The notes under the pieces are model-generated. The model saw only the letters and a list, made by a program, of their open reading frames with translations, ran no database searches and was not told the origin of the DNA. Source: Asterionella formosa (taxonomy: Eukaryota). Taken from it: a DNA stretch of 64,000 nucleotides. The position numbers and the translations under genes were made by a program. The stretch is taken from assembly GCA_002256025.1 (NCBI GenBank), contig NKIB01009591.1, forward strand, positions 1-64,000. The letters are read 5' to 3'. Positions 22,301 through 33,400 of this stretch are shown here, in pieces; positions within the stretch are counted from its first letter, which is position 1, and each line of letters starts with the position of its first letter.

Positions 22301-24114
22301 TGAACTAATCCTGTATTTGCCATTATCATTCGGATGGTGTTGAAAACGGATTTGTATGAGTCGTGGTTGTCATGCACTTGTTTCCAAGATAGTAGGAACT
22401 GCAACCCTTGGCGTCCTAACGAGGGACACACAGTTCGGCGATTTGAAGGAAGAAGTAACTGCTCAATCCATTGATGCATGCATTCCTTATCAGTCGACGA
22501 TAACGACGATGATTTCACCAATTCCTTCGCGAGGATAAGGCCTCGAATGATACGGGCAATATTTCTGCCATCATCGTTTCCGGATAAATTCATCTTCTGA
22601 CGGAAGGACGACATGAAAAGTAGCTTCTGCAGTAGAATCATGAGCTCTGTTGAATCAATTCCATTCTGGCTAAAATGAACAGGTTCCATAAGAATAGCTA
22701 AAAGCTCACACACATGTTTTGTAGCAAGTGTGGATACATCGCTTTCTGTTGTTAGTCGTTCCATCAGAAAGTATTTGAACTTTGAAAGTGAAGCAGGCGA
22801 TGATTTCCCGATTTCCATAAGAATATGGTGTACAGTTTCGATAGTAACAAGTAAGTTCCCATGATTCTGATGTAAATTACCTCGCCTTCGAGTTCTGTCC
22901 TTATTTATTAGACCATCCCTTCTATTTGAAAGGACCTGTGACGATTCATTGCTCAAATAGAGCATACATCGGACCAGCTCCTCTTGTCTATCACGGTCCA
23001 ATCGACGATGAAGGCCCGTTACGAAATGACGAGTTTCTACAAGCATTGAAGCTGACAAAGGGCTGACACGAGCCGGAGAAAGGATCAAAAATATTGCAAA
23101 TGACTGGAGAGGGAGCGAAATACAATCTTGAATAACAGTCGTTTGTTGCCCTCGTTTGTCGCAATGAATGGTCAAGTTCAGCAAAGACTCCATGCATTGA
23201 AAAGGGAATTTATCAATAAATATCAGCTCATCAATCACCTTTGAAATCGTGAATTTGAATGTCGGTTCGTGATAGAGGTTCAAAAGGACCATCATGTCCA
23301 AAAGGCAAAACGATGCTTGCTTCTCGTTTTGTCTAGGATGAGGCTTTGGTACTTTGCGAACGTTAAGGCTTGCTTGTTGCAGTATTGCTGTGTATGTCTC
23401 TGAAAGCAATCTTCCATTGTTGCGATCCTTGAGCGCATTTACAACCACGAGAGATACTAATGGAATCTGATCCCTTCCGCAATCGTCTCCCGAATCTTCC
23501 AGCAGTCGTGTTTCTTCCCGAATCGCGTGCAGAGCTTTGGTGACATTAGTATCATCAGTTACATTGCAAAGCAGAGACTTCACTAAAACCGGAAGGTCTG
23601 TTTCATCAGCAACAGGAAGGGATGCCAAGGCGACGTTCCATGCTTCGGCATGACCCCTTTCTGACAAGGGCAAACTGGACAAGCAACCAATGACTGGTAA
23701 AAGAATTTTGGGATCCTTGACCAAGATTTCCCGAAAAACCAGTAGAATATCCTCTGTAGCCTCCTCCTTTTGTTTCAGATCAAATTCCATAAACCAGGGT
23801 AAGACATCTAACAGGAGTTGGCGTCCATCGGTTGATTCCAACTCTGGCAGCGTTGTTAGTAGCCATGTGCGAACTTGGGAATCTCCGGGCCCCAATTGTG
23901 ACACCAGCAACGAGAACACTTGAAGAATCAGACCGTTAGGCAATTCATTCTTTGTAGAGGATTTCTCCCAGGAAATAAGGAAGGTGTGTGTGGCTTGCAA
24001 GAGTAACGCGGAACATCGACGTCGGAGGCCTTCGTTCACTGACGGGAGCTTGAGTAGTTTTCCTTGACTCGCGACAATCTCTTTCAGTTCAGTTAATCTT
24101 TCCTCATGATCCAT
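19321..24114 (-). CDS. FANCD2: Divergent FANCD2-like protein (~1600 aa, intronless); likely start ATG 24114
   Basis: 'LLPVIGCLSSLPLS...DLPVLVKSLL...LHAIRE', 'RQEELVRCML' and 'LMILLQKLLFMSS...RGLILA' recall, in the same order, FANCD2 blocks (LTVPILDVLSSL..DLPVIIKFIL..ISELRE; QEVVGALV; LVIRKQLSS..IGIIGA). Acidic C-terminus. Confidence 0.6.
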   Translation of the reverse strand: MDHEERLTELKEIVASQGKLLKLPSVNEGLRRRCSALLLQATHTFLISWEKSSTKNELPNGLILQVFSLLVSQLGPGDSQVRTWLLTTLPELESTDGRQLLLDVLPWFMEFDLKQKEEATEDILLVFREILVKDPKILLPVIGCLSSLPLSERGHAEAWNVALASLPVADETDLPVLVKSLLCNVTDDTNVTKALHAIREETRLLEDSGDDCGRDQIPLVSLVVVNALKDRNNGRLLSETYTAILQQASLNVRKVPKPHPRQNEKQASFCLLDMMVLLNLYHEPTFKFTISKVIDELIFIDKFPFQCMESLLNLTIHCDKRGQQTTVIQDCISLPLQSFAIFLILSPARVSPLSASMLVETRHFVTGLHRRLDRDRQEELVRCMLYLSNESSQVLSNRRDGLINKDRTRRRGNLHQNHGNLLVTIETVHHILMEIGKSSPASLSKFKYFLMERLTTESDVSTLATKHVCELLAILMEPVHFSQNGIDSTELMILLQKLLFMSSFRQKMNLSGNDDGRNIARIIRGLILAKELVKSSSLSSTDKECMHQWIEQLLLPSNRRTVCPSLGRQGLQFLLSWKQVHDNHDSYKSVFNTIRMIMANTGLVQLLSHYSQTRADRKKSVLVYSRLPGFFSSACEGNNNHKRKTRELVLCIDTFLRFRGTSSPKSWLTEVTWIFDLVNAYLELGRNESANAHTLLSGNIPKRKSVGWTPDGWLEASIELPSLLFILSNLNEDNEGNSVVLEAFNFDLNDLHKAIDKKATKEMVEILLKSKNGCNLEKIGDGFLRFAAGVALAAGLSIAVLKNAHGHFETAGYGERGKKLVQYQVMKILDLEMKAILVVDILVSISDALSRSVKTEASTDNDKSRPLENNGDPDSLELPVKFHPKGAGVLSPQFQKLRDDIDAAVTSLNTIIDFLFHSKDSLMGHQILYDSLSHTNDDLVMNHFLSHNILPVELRLSANMVIEVRLRVLRHLCQNLGRNLKRQILDLNCIIGTRSLIPSDDIFARIMNTAAHLSMKLPAFRREHYTDGLDIEFSKLAALHAAYLSMFREHFIHHREKCVGLFAQHFAAEDNIEDITLDVVLVQHQAVQSLLFHLHSCDDQFTAMIFVDVLGLLALKDGSLVDLACDICWRALHTVFTVQSDDHLNQLPYTFLFATKTLLDDRDKAEVSKVNHLAKHAIISSVARASTNSSKDYKENSIMGRWLLLLWALMIQPTCTEGRACSFISKLINELDRLLLSTSESNGKEQGKSEKGGKNHVLLIPGLSSSALGFFVDVIANITVATLAIVPPANWNNGDESPEPFQHFLSYLRHFGRVLDLFRKYTKAFPRRSVVRILNSCQLILNLCQYHVIRCVEWRNMQPILTPAERRIGKYDPGSIKHLDCLLKQVAANGVGRITSFCDWARVGWRSSRAVVEGNVSGPDDINAWLYASHYKKFSALMHSTEKAMISLRSIALAHNLLPPTSEYEFSASSDSMEEMTPKSDDTDDGFHEISWESVCAISTLQKRPKKKKRRVTPVLLEVDVGAMRTEFLIARKKTPLQDNTLIIKSDKEIIEGVVDDDSSGDSLGDFEVSGGWGEIELSGSDDGSLTLENNTLFSSS

Positions 24115-25216
24115 TGGTAAGAGCAGTGTATGGCAAGCTAAGTTTGGCCGTCTAATCAGCGCTGTGAACCATTGTGGTGTTTTCAACACGATCAATGAGT
24201 TCTATTGAGCACACAATGGCGAAATCGTAATCGCGCAAAATATGGCGCGCGCTCGGAGATGGATGAAGCAAACGTATGTACGAGAAACATTGGTTGATAC
24301 CGGCTACCAGGTACCCAGTACCGGTAGATCGTTTCAAACTGGGCAAGGTCATGCAATTGTACTCACATGCAACGCCTTGACCAAAACCAACCGAGTTTTT
24401 TGTGTATCATCATTGGTTATATGACAAGGAGAAAAAGAAGGTCCTTGTTGGACAGGTTTTCTCTTTCCAGTGCAAAAGTGAATGTAGTACAGCAAAGGAC
24501 TGGCTGGCACTCACATTTGGGACAAGCATGGTGGGGAAACTGGCACTGGCTTGATGACAGGACCAATCAATGTTGTCATCTCTCAGGAGAAACACAAGCC
24601 TTGGGAACATCCCATGTGGGATTTACGTAATTCACACCTCCATATTGAAGTATTTGAAACTATTCGTTGTGCTTGTTCTTTACTGTGTAGTCCTCTGCAC
24701 AATTCTCTTGCCCCAACTCTCTCAATTCCACCTTTGCTTGTACCATGCTCATAATTTCTTGTTGCCATTTTCCTGTACATCAGGAAAAAAGAAATGACAA
24801 GTGGCTGTTAAGGAGAGAATTCCAGTTGGACATAAAGTTGTTGAATCTTTTATCAGAGTCCAAGTTATCTGTCCTTGTGTTTGTGAAAATATTGGTGTTG
24901 ATATGCAAATGCATAGCAAATGTGTGCTATAATTTGCAGATAATAGGATAGGATGAAGTCAAGATGAGCACTAGCTATCTGCAGTACCAATTTTGGATGT
25001 CAGCATTGAGTTTCCAACTACATGTTTAATACCAGTACATAATGTATATACTGGTAGAGGGTACTCAACCCTTTAATAAAAACTACTTGGATTAGCCTTT
25101 AAGTTCCAAAATTAGATTTGGTAGCAGGAATGTGGGACACAGTAGCTATAGAGGAGGACTGCCCAACATCAAAGGTAGAAGGAGGATGGAACAGAGCTAG
25201 CTCGTTTCTTCCAAGT

Positions 25217-26211
25217 TTACTTCGCTGTCTTGGTACTTGGGTTACCAAGATTCTTCAAGATATCTTCAAAATTGGCAACTGCACAAATACCTGGATCCTT
25301 CCATTCAAAGAGTATTTCACCCTTTGCATCAACAACTACTAAAGCACCCAACTGTGTCAATACCCCAGAATCCAAAGCGTCCTGATCGGGACACAGTTCT
25401 TTCCAGTTAGCCATTGATATTCCAAGCATTGACTGCAGGCGCAGTGTTGCCAGCTCTAGAGGTCTCCTCTCCCATGTCCCTACAAAGGGAAGCTCCTTGA
25501 ATTTGTTTGTTTTAATGCTTCCATCATCTGCAAGCTCTAACGCATTATCTGGCCATCGACCTTTCTTCATACCCACAGAAAATGCATCCTCTATCCAAGG
25601 TTGTGGTACAAATGGATTTCCAAGGTATCCTCCAATGACAGCAGGCAGTGTAGCCCTATGTTGACAATGTGTTAGGGGCAAAACACAATGATGCGCCACA
25701 AACCTCGAAAGTTCTGCATCTCAGCAAAAACGTACCAGGCACCTAGACCCCACAACATTCCAAAGAGCTTCAAAAATGGATTGACATCATTGTTTTCTGG
25801 TAGCCACCCACGTTCTACTCCATACACTCGGCCGGCCTGACCGGTTGGGTCAACAAATAGTTGTACCAAGTTTGTATCCAATTCAACGCACTCTGCGAGC
25901 AGCTTGGCAGCTTCTGGGCGACAATTCAGTAAGAGACCGAACTTGGATATACCACATTTTTCCTTTAGAGGCGATGTATAATATCTCAATCGCTGAGCAT
26001 ACTCAATGGCATTGAAATCCGCCGCATAGGTGCCGAGAACCAGGAGAGATCGGGAATTAGAATCCGTGCTGCTGAGGAAGTCACCGAGATCAACATCATT
26101 TCCAGAATCGACGGACTTGACGATAACTCCCTTGAGTGGGGCGAAGGCGCCTGCAGACAAGATGCTTGCAAGAGCAAGCGCAACGAAGAGGATTACCGTC
26201 AAGATAGGCAT
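25217..26211 (-). CDS. Plastid-targeted AhpC/TSA_2 (peroxiredoxin-like) family protein; exons 26211-25736, 25655-25217
   Basis: Signal peptide plus AGA-FAP. 'ADFNAIEYA', 'PLELATLRL' and '[18 protein letters not shown]' resemble cyanobacterial/algal members. GT-AG intron 25656-25735 restores the frame. Confidence 0.8.
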
Positions 26212-26694
26212 TGTCCATGTAACACCGGCAAACTACATGATGTGATTACGTAATACGTACAGTAAAAGTTATATTTATATATACTTATATTATTTTATGC
26301 ATCGCGAGAAACGTCCCATGGCCATGGCCATAATTTAGGGTCTGGAATCGCAAATTATGGAATCATTGCTTTGACTATTCATTCTTCCATGTTTTCCGCA
26401 CTCCGGCCGAGGCCATCCACTCACTCAAAATGTGGATGGCCTTTGGTTTTACTTTTTCATATTTTACATCATATATACCTTATACATAAACAAATACAGT
26501 AGACTACCGGTATACATATAAATCTTTCATGCGAGCGATATGTGTGTACATGCACTTCCTTATTAAACCTAGTCAAATCAAATCTCAACAATCTTGGCGT
26601 TGTCTCTGTTGCTGATAACCCTTCAGACTTTCCACCGCCTCAGAAACATTCATCGGTTGAGCATTCGCTTGATCAACTCAAACCCCCAGACAAC

Positions 26695-27900
26695 ATGACA
26701 GAAGCCAAAGATGAAATTATCAAAGCTGTAGCCGAGCGTCTAAACTTCTTTTTCTCAGATGCCAACATTCGAGTTGATAGATTCATGCAAAAGACATTGA
26801 CTAAGGCCAACGGTGAACTTAGCGGATCTGTGCCAATCGCGACGCTCCTGAAATTCAATTCCATTAAGACGCACACCGAAGATGCGGCTGTTGTGGTTGA
26901 GGCTACCAAGACGTTGGCCGTGCAACTCAAACTTGAGGATGACGAAACGTCGATTGCTCGCGTAACTCCTTTTAGGCTTTCTGACATGGATGCAAATATT
27001 CCGCTTTCACTATTTGTGGAGAATTTGCCAGTATCGGAGGTCGTAAGTGGGAGCTCGGAGAAGCCTAGATATACTGTTACTGTCGATGCTGTCAAGGAAC
27101 TCTTCACGACCTTTGGCGACGTAGCGTTGGTAAAATTTAAGTTCAAGCCAGCGGATGGTGAAGAAGAAAACGATAAGTATAAGGCTCCTGATCGACGTAA
27201 GAAGGTATTTGTTCCTGCAGGGTCCGCTCAGGTTGAGTTCGTAAAGACAGACGATCTCGAAAGGGCTGCTGCTGAACTCTGTACAACTAAGAATGGTGAA
27301 AAAACGGAGCCTCCTAAAAAGATTTTGGAATTGGGTGGCAATGCTCTTCAGGTCATGCTCCTTCAAGAGTATATAGCCCAGCGAAAGAAAGAGAAGAATG
27401 GAAAGAAGGATACGCTCACCACAAACGGCGGAGACAACAGCAAGAAACGTAAGGCCGATAATGAACCTGAAGAAACTCCCGCTTGTACTGTAGTGGAAGT
27501 AAAGGAGTTCAAGATGGACTGGAAACCTGGCTGTGTCATCTCCCTCAAAGGTCTTCCTGCATCTTGTGACCGCGAGGCTATCAAAAGTGCTGTCGCGAAG
27601 GGTCTTGCTACCAACGACGAAGAGCTTTTAGAAAATGGTATATATGCTGACTTTTCTCGAGGGCAGACGCATGGAGCAATCCGCTTCTCGGAACCAAATG
27701 AAAACATCAAGGCTCTTGCTAAAAAGATGACTGAGGGAGAAGTTGAGATCGCTGGCGGAAAAATTGAGTCTGCTGTTGTCCTGGAAGGCGAGGAGGAAGC
27801 GAAATACTGGCAAACATTTATTGAATTCAAAACGAAGCAACTGAATCACAACGCCAAGGACAAGGCTTTAAAGGGAGGTAGAAAGAAAGGTCGTAGGTAG
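26695..27900 (+). CDS. La (SSB)-like RNA-binding protein
   Basis: La motif 'RLNFFFSDANIRVDRFM..VPIATLLKFNSIK', an RRM, a second xRRM-like domain 'YADFSRGQTHGAIRF...EEEAKYW' and a basic tail. First ATG at 26695. Confidence 0.9.
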   Translation: MTEAKDEIIKAVAERLNFFFSDANIRVDRFMQKTLTKANGELSGSVPIATLLKFNSIKTHTEDAAVVVEATKTLAVQLKLEDDETSIARVTPFRLSDMDANIPLSLFVENLPVSEVVSGSSEKPRYTVTVDAVKELFTTFGDVALVKFKFKPADGEEENDKYKAPDRRKKVFVPAGSAQVEFVKTDDLERAAAELCTTKNGEKTEPPKKILELGGNALQVMLLQEYIAQRKKEKNGKKDTLTTNGGDNSKKRKADNEPEETPACTVVEVKEFKMDWKPGCVISLKGLPASCDREAIKSAVAKGLATNDEELLENGIYADFSRGQTHGAIRFSEPNENIKALAKKMTEGEVEIAGGKIESAVVLEGEEEAKYWQTFIEFKTKQLNHNAKDKALKGGRKKGRR

Positions 27901-30495
27901 GCTAGCTGAAGAAGTGGTTGGATGGCAAATGTACATGCCATTTGAGACGTACGTATACCTTATAAGTGACTTGCCCTCCCAAAGACATTTATTGGTGTAG
28001 TGTTGCCTTTGTAAGCAAGTGTGAATGAGGTCAGGCCCCCCTTTCCGAACGATTCAACATAGTCTAGACACAAAACATCAACTAATGGTAAAACAGAGTA
28101 GATGAATATTTTAAATACCACATCATTGCCTTCACAGGGTATTATAAACTAGCAGTTTTTTGTGAGTTGAGTGAATGTAATGCTACTGAGTCAACAGGGA
28201 TGTGACTCCATATTTTTATGAATTTTGACAGTGTCGTGGGCAGCATATAAAGGCAGTTATTGTTGTCCATGCAACACTGTTGTCTCATTCTGTCTAGCCA
28301 GAGACTTTGAGTTTCGAAACATTTCATCCTAGAATTTCCCTTCGAGTCTACTAGCTAGTCTATTCTACTCTGTTTCATGCTTGCCTGCATGTAATGCATT
28401 TAACTAATGCACAAGGAGAGAAACTGGATTAGTGATAGTTTTGGGGTATCTGGTATGATTGGTAGGGTATTCGGTTTCACTTACTAGTACCAAAGTATTC
28501 TATGGCTGTCACATGGAGCACTTCACATGTACAAACTCGAACAAGATGCCGGGGCACTTACAACATGTTTGTCTGTTAGACTGGATAATTCTATGCTGAT
28601 CCTCTATTTTTCTCCCGATTTTGACTCCATCAATAATTCGGGGATATAGTCAAATTTGTAACTCTATGAAAATAATGGAATTCATGGTAAGTATTCCTTA
28701 AGCACCCTCCCTGTAACTACAAGAGGAGTGATCCCTGAAAATGCTTACCAGAAACTCCATACTTTTGACGAAGTTATCATCCCAAAACAATTGCAGAAAT
28801 CATGGTTTGAGAATTGGTGAGCAGTAAATTCCTATGTGAATTAATAAATCTGCGATAAAATATATATTTAGCTGAAACAGAAAATCTTTAGTCAGGTGTA
28901 CATTTTGATTTAAAAAAATTGAAACGATTGAGCAGGACCGCCCATCATCACCAATACATGATTTTTCTTCCGCATTGTCGTTCTTCCTCTCGTCCTCACT
29001 CACGATGGTTGCTCCTCTGTCTTAATTAATTTTTCTTGTACACTGCATCTAAGGTAAGTTTTTCATTGAGATGTGAGCTGCCTGGGTTGACAGTAATTGC
29101 TCTCGACGCTGGCGAACACATCGCCATGTTGAGTTTGTTCCTGATGTCAATTACCATCGATCTTTGCTCTAGCTACTAATACATACATAAAAATACATGT
29201 CAACCATAAAAATAGCCTCTATTAGACTAATATCTCTAGTTAGAATAGTGGCTAGCTTCGATTGAAGGAGTAGCTCTTTGCCACTTATCCAAAGAAACCA
29301 ACATGGTCAGCAATTGTTTCATCTCATAATAGGGGTCTCAAAAAATCGCCTTCTAATTAAGTCAAAACGCAGTGTACTGTCACGTATTGGAAAAGATGTG
29401 TATCCATTTATGCATGTACTTGGTACTCAGGAATCGTATTAATTAAACAGTTGGTGGTACCTGGTACAATAGCAAATGTTGGACATAAACAATGCACTAT
29501 CGGTACTGGAAAATGGTAATCATGTACTCTCGACCTGGTTTGCATTACCTGCATACAGCCCCTGGGTACCTTGTTACCGGAGTTCATGGCAACTGGTACC
29601 AGGTACTCCCCAAGAAAACGGAAGTCATTTCATATATAAACATATCTGTACATGTTATGTTATTCCTACATAAAAGTATCAGATCTATTACTACACAGTA
29701 AGTAAATACCGGTAACAGAGAAAAACCAACAAAAACTTCCACAGCAGCCAAGTACCAGTACCTGGTACTGCAACACATTTCGGTGCTACAAAACAAAAGC
29801 AAGACAAATATGTACCGTGTAGTACAATATTACCGGTAGTAAGAATTGAATATCTTGTACCGTTAGACTATAAGGAGTCATTATTCTTCGGAATATTTAA
29901 CCTGAAGTGAACGCGAAGGATGGGAAGAAAGAGTCATTGTTTGCTTGGGATGTTAGCAATAGTAACAGCCTACCTGGAAGTACAAGGGTACGGTACCAGT
30001 AGTAGGTATTAGCTGGTGAATACCGGTACTGGTCGGCATATCAGGCTGATCTTGTCATGAATTGCAATTAAAATTTACCGGTATACCGGTAGGTTGTTCC
30101 GGGATCAGCTTTGTCTTGGTAGTACTCAACCATATCACACCGCTATGTAAATTAGTACGGTACCTGGTACAACTCGATCAGTGTATTGATTGGTCTATTT
30201 ATGGTTCCGAAGGAAGTCACCAACTCGGACTTTTGTGTCACCATCCCAAACTTATATTCACGGGTTGTCTTGAAACGTTCAACATCATGCATCTTGCCGC
30301 TCTGTCTTACCACCAACAAGGAAATAATCCGTGTAAATACTGCTATCAGCACACACAATGATTAGCATACCACCAGGGTACCATCTTCAGAACGTTGCTA
30401 TTGAATAACGTCAGCTTGCTCATGAAGACACTGACCAGCAGACTGAAAATTTCCATAGGAACGATTTCCTTATAATATTGAGTAGAACTAGAATC

Positions 30496-33400
30496 ATGAG
30501 AAACGCTATGATGCGAAAGAGGGAACGATCCAACGACGGCAAGGGAGCCCCAAACACGACCTCTGCAACCGTACCGTCGCCCCGACGAGGAGCAAGTACA
30601 GGACGCTCGAGAACGATACAACAAGCCGAGGATTCTACGGAATCTTTCGAATTTGACGCTGAAAGGTGAGCATGATTGCTCAGCCAACCGTCACGGCTAG
30701 CGGCCTTCAGTTTGAGGAGGAATGGGTCGTCGCATTTCAATCGTTCCTACTGCTCTTACACGAATGTGCATTCTTTTCTTAGTGGAGTCATTGACTCCTC
30801 ATCCAGCGCCTCATTCTATTTGTTCGAAGATATGATGAACAGTGCAAGTGATTTGAACTATCTAGCTGCGGATGACGGCGGGGATGGCACCTACATTCAA
30901 AATGATTCACTTGACAAATTGGAGCTTGGAAATCCGGAAAGGGACAAAGACCCTTCCGACTTTGATGTTGTTGATTCTAACAATGGCCGTGAATCAGGTC
31001 TTCGAGATCTTAACAAGGACGCCAGCAGCGATGTATCATTAGCCGGGGAAGGAGCAGGCGACACAGATGAAGACGCGAAATGGGCCAGATTGGGGGGGTT
31101 CGCTTTTGCGTTTGGCGCTATTACTGCTAAAGTTATCACTCACACGCTAGGAAGCAACGACGATGTTGATGATGCTGCTGGCGGATTTAATTTTCAAGGT
31201 GACCCAGGTACAATATCAGCTCAAGCCGTGCATCAGCCTGCTCCTCCACAAATCGATGCATCACAAGCAGCTACTCAAAGGTATGTTTCTTAACCATCTT
31301 ATTATTTGGTTCGATGTTGAAATTCGAAAATTACTCTATTATTTGTTGCAATGGAACCAAAATAAATGATGATCGATTGAAGAAAATCCATTTATGGTGG
31401 CGTTGACAAAAAATAAAGTATCGTCTTTCATGTCATTTGTTTCGAATGCTTGTCAAGAGTGTTGATACATAGGACTTCCCATACATGACATATATTGGGC
31501 ATTCCCTGTACCGGACGATAACCTGGTACAAGTACCTGTATTTTTCTTTGACTGTCATCATCATTTTCTGTTTGTCGCGAATAAACATGATTGAACACAA
31601 AACCATAACTCACATCTCTTGTTTTCTATCACTCGCTTTCCTTTATGCAACCCTATGTAGTGCCACAAATGCCATGGCTGCCCAAGCCGCATCGAACGCA
31701 TGTGCTGCAGTCGGAGCTGGAGCCGCTGGGGCTGCTGGGGTCGCCGCAGCCGCTGGCCTTATTGGTGCCATTGCTGGTGCGAGTACGGGAGTACAAATTG
31801 GTGTGGTGGTAGGAACAGTTGCTGCCGTAGCAGGATCAATCACTGGGGGTGTCACGGCATCCCAACAACAAAAGAATGGTGGAGCTACCGCACAAACAGT
31901 CGTTGAATTTAATACAACGGTACTGACAGTTCCTACTATGGCTCCTTTATTCTCAGACCCTATAACATTTGCCCCTATTTTTAATGGCCCCACACAAATT
32001 CCAGGAAATATTTTGGCAAGTAACCAAACTGCTAGCCCGTCGTTTGCGCTCTGTGATGTTAATCCTGAATTCAAGAAAGGATTTGTGTCAATTTTATTTA
32101 ATGGCATTGGCCGAAACTTTAATGACACAGAAGGTCGTGCACTTGAAGGCCTGTTTGAGGAGACATACAATCTGTTATCAAAGGGATGTGATGACATCTA
32201 TCAGCGGCACCTGGAAAATGCTACACTCGCTAAACAAACAATTAATAGTTCTGATGGGAGCAGAGAAATTCTGGAAACCAACTGGGAAGCCTGGGTTCGA
32301 TGCAAAGGCTGCCCAAATCAACAACCATTATTTAGTGATCTTGCTTCTCGAAGAAAACTATCCAAAAATACAAATTCCATCAACTTTGGTACTTGGGTTG
32401 AAATTTTCGGAAGTCATACTGATGAAATAGCCAACACTGTCATCCTTGAAGCTATGACCAACTCTTCCAATGGGAAAAAGGAAGAAATAATTTTCTTCAC
32501 TGTACAGCCGACAAGTTCACCAACCATCGTGACAGGAATGCTATCGACTTTGCCCACAGCTGCACATACTGGAGGACCAATAGTACAGCTAGGTGCCCCA
32601 TCATCTTTACCAACTTCTCAGCAAACGCTTTTGTCGACTCCTGGACCTACAGTGTTGCCTGGATCACCATCACTAGCACCTAAATCTACACTTACTGAAA
32701 GACCCACAATGCAGCTAAGTATTCCAATATCTTTACCAATGCCTCAAACAATATTTCCTTTGACATCCAAACCAACATTGCTGCCAGGATCTCCATTGAC
32801 CTCACCCACAGCTACACTTAGTACTGGAGGGCCAACAGTACAGCTGGGTTCTACAACTTTATATCCCACACCTCGAAATGTATTTTCTTTGACTCCCAAA
32901 CCAACTTTAGTGCCTGCATCACCATCGACCTCACAAACATCACAACCGACTGCAGCACAAAAAGTACAACCAGGGACTCCATCATCTTTACCAACACCTC
33001 AGACAAATTTTTTGTCGACTCCTCAACCTACAGTGGCGCCTGGAACCCCGTCGGCACCACCAAAAGTAACACTTACTGAAAGACCAACAGCACAGCTAGG
33101 TTCTGCAACATCACAACCTACACCTCAAAATGTATTTTCTTTGACTCCCAAATCAACTTTTGATTCTGAATCATCATTTCCAACACCTTCGCCAACGCCT
33201 TTGTTGACTCCGCAACCTACACCGGTTCCAGGAACCCCGTCAGTCTCACCTACAGCAACACCTACTGAAGTTCCAACAGTACAGCTAGTTCCTGCAACAT
33301 CACAACCTACGCCTCAAAATATATTTTTTTTGACACCCAAACCAACTTCAACCTTACCTACAGCAACACCTACTGAGATACCAACTGTACAGCAAGGTAC

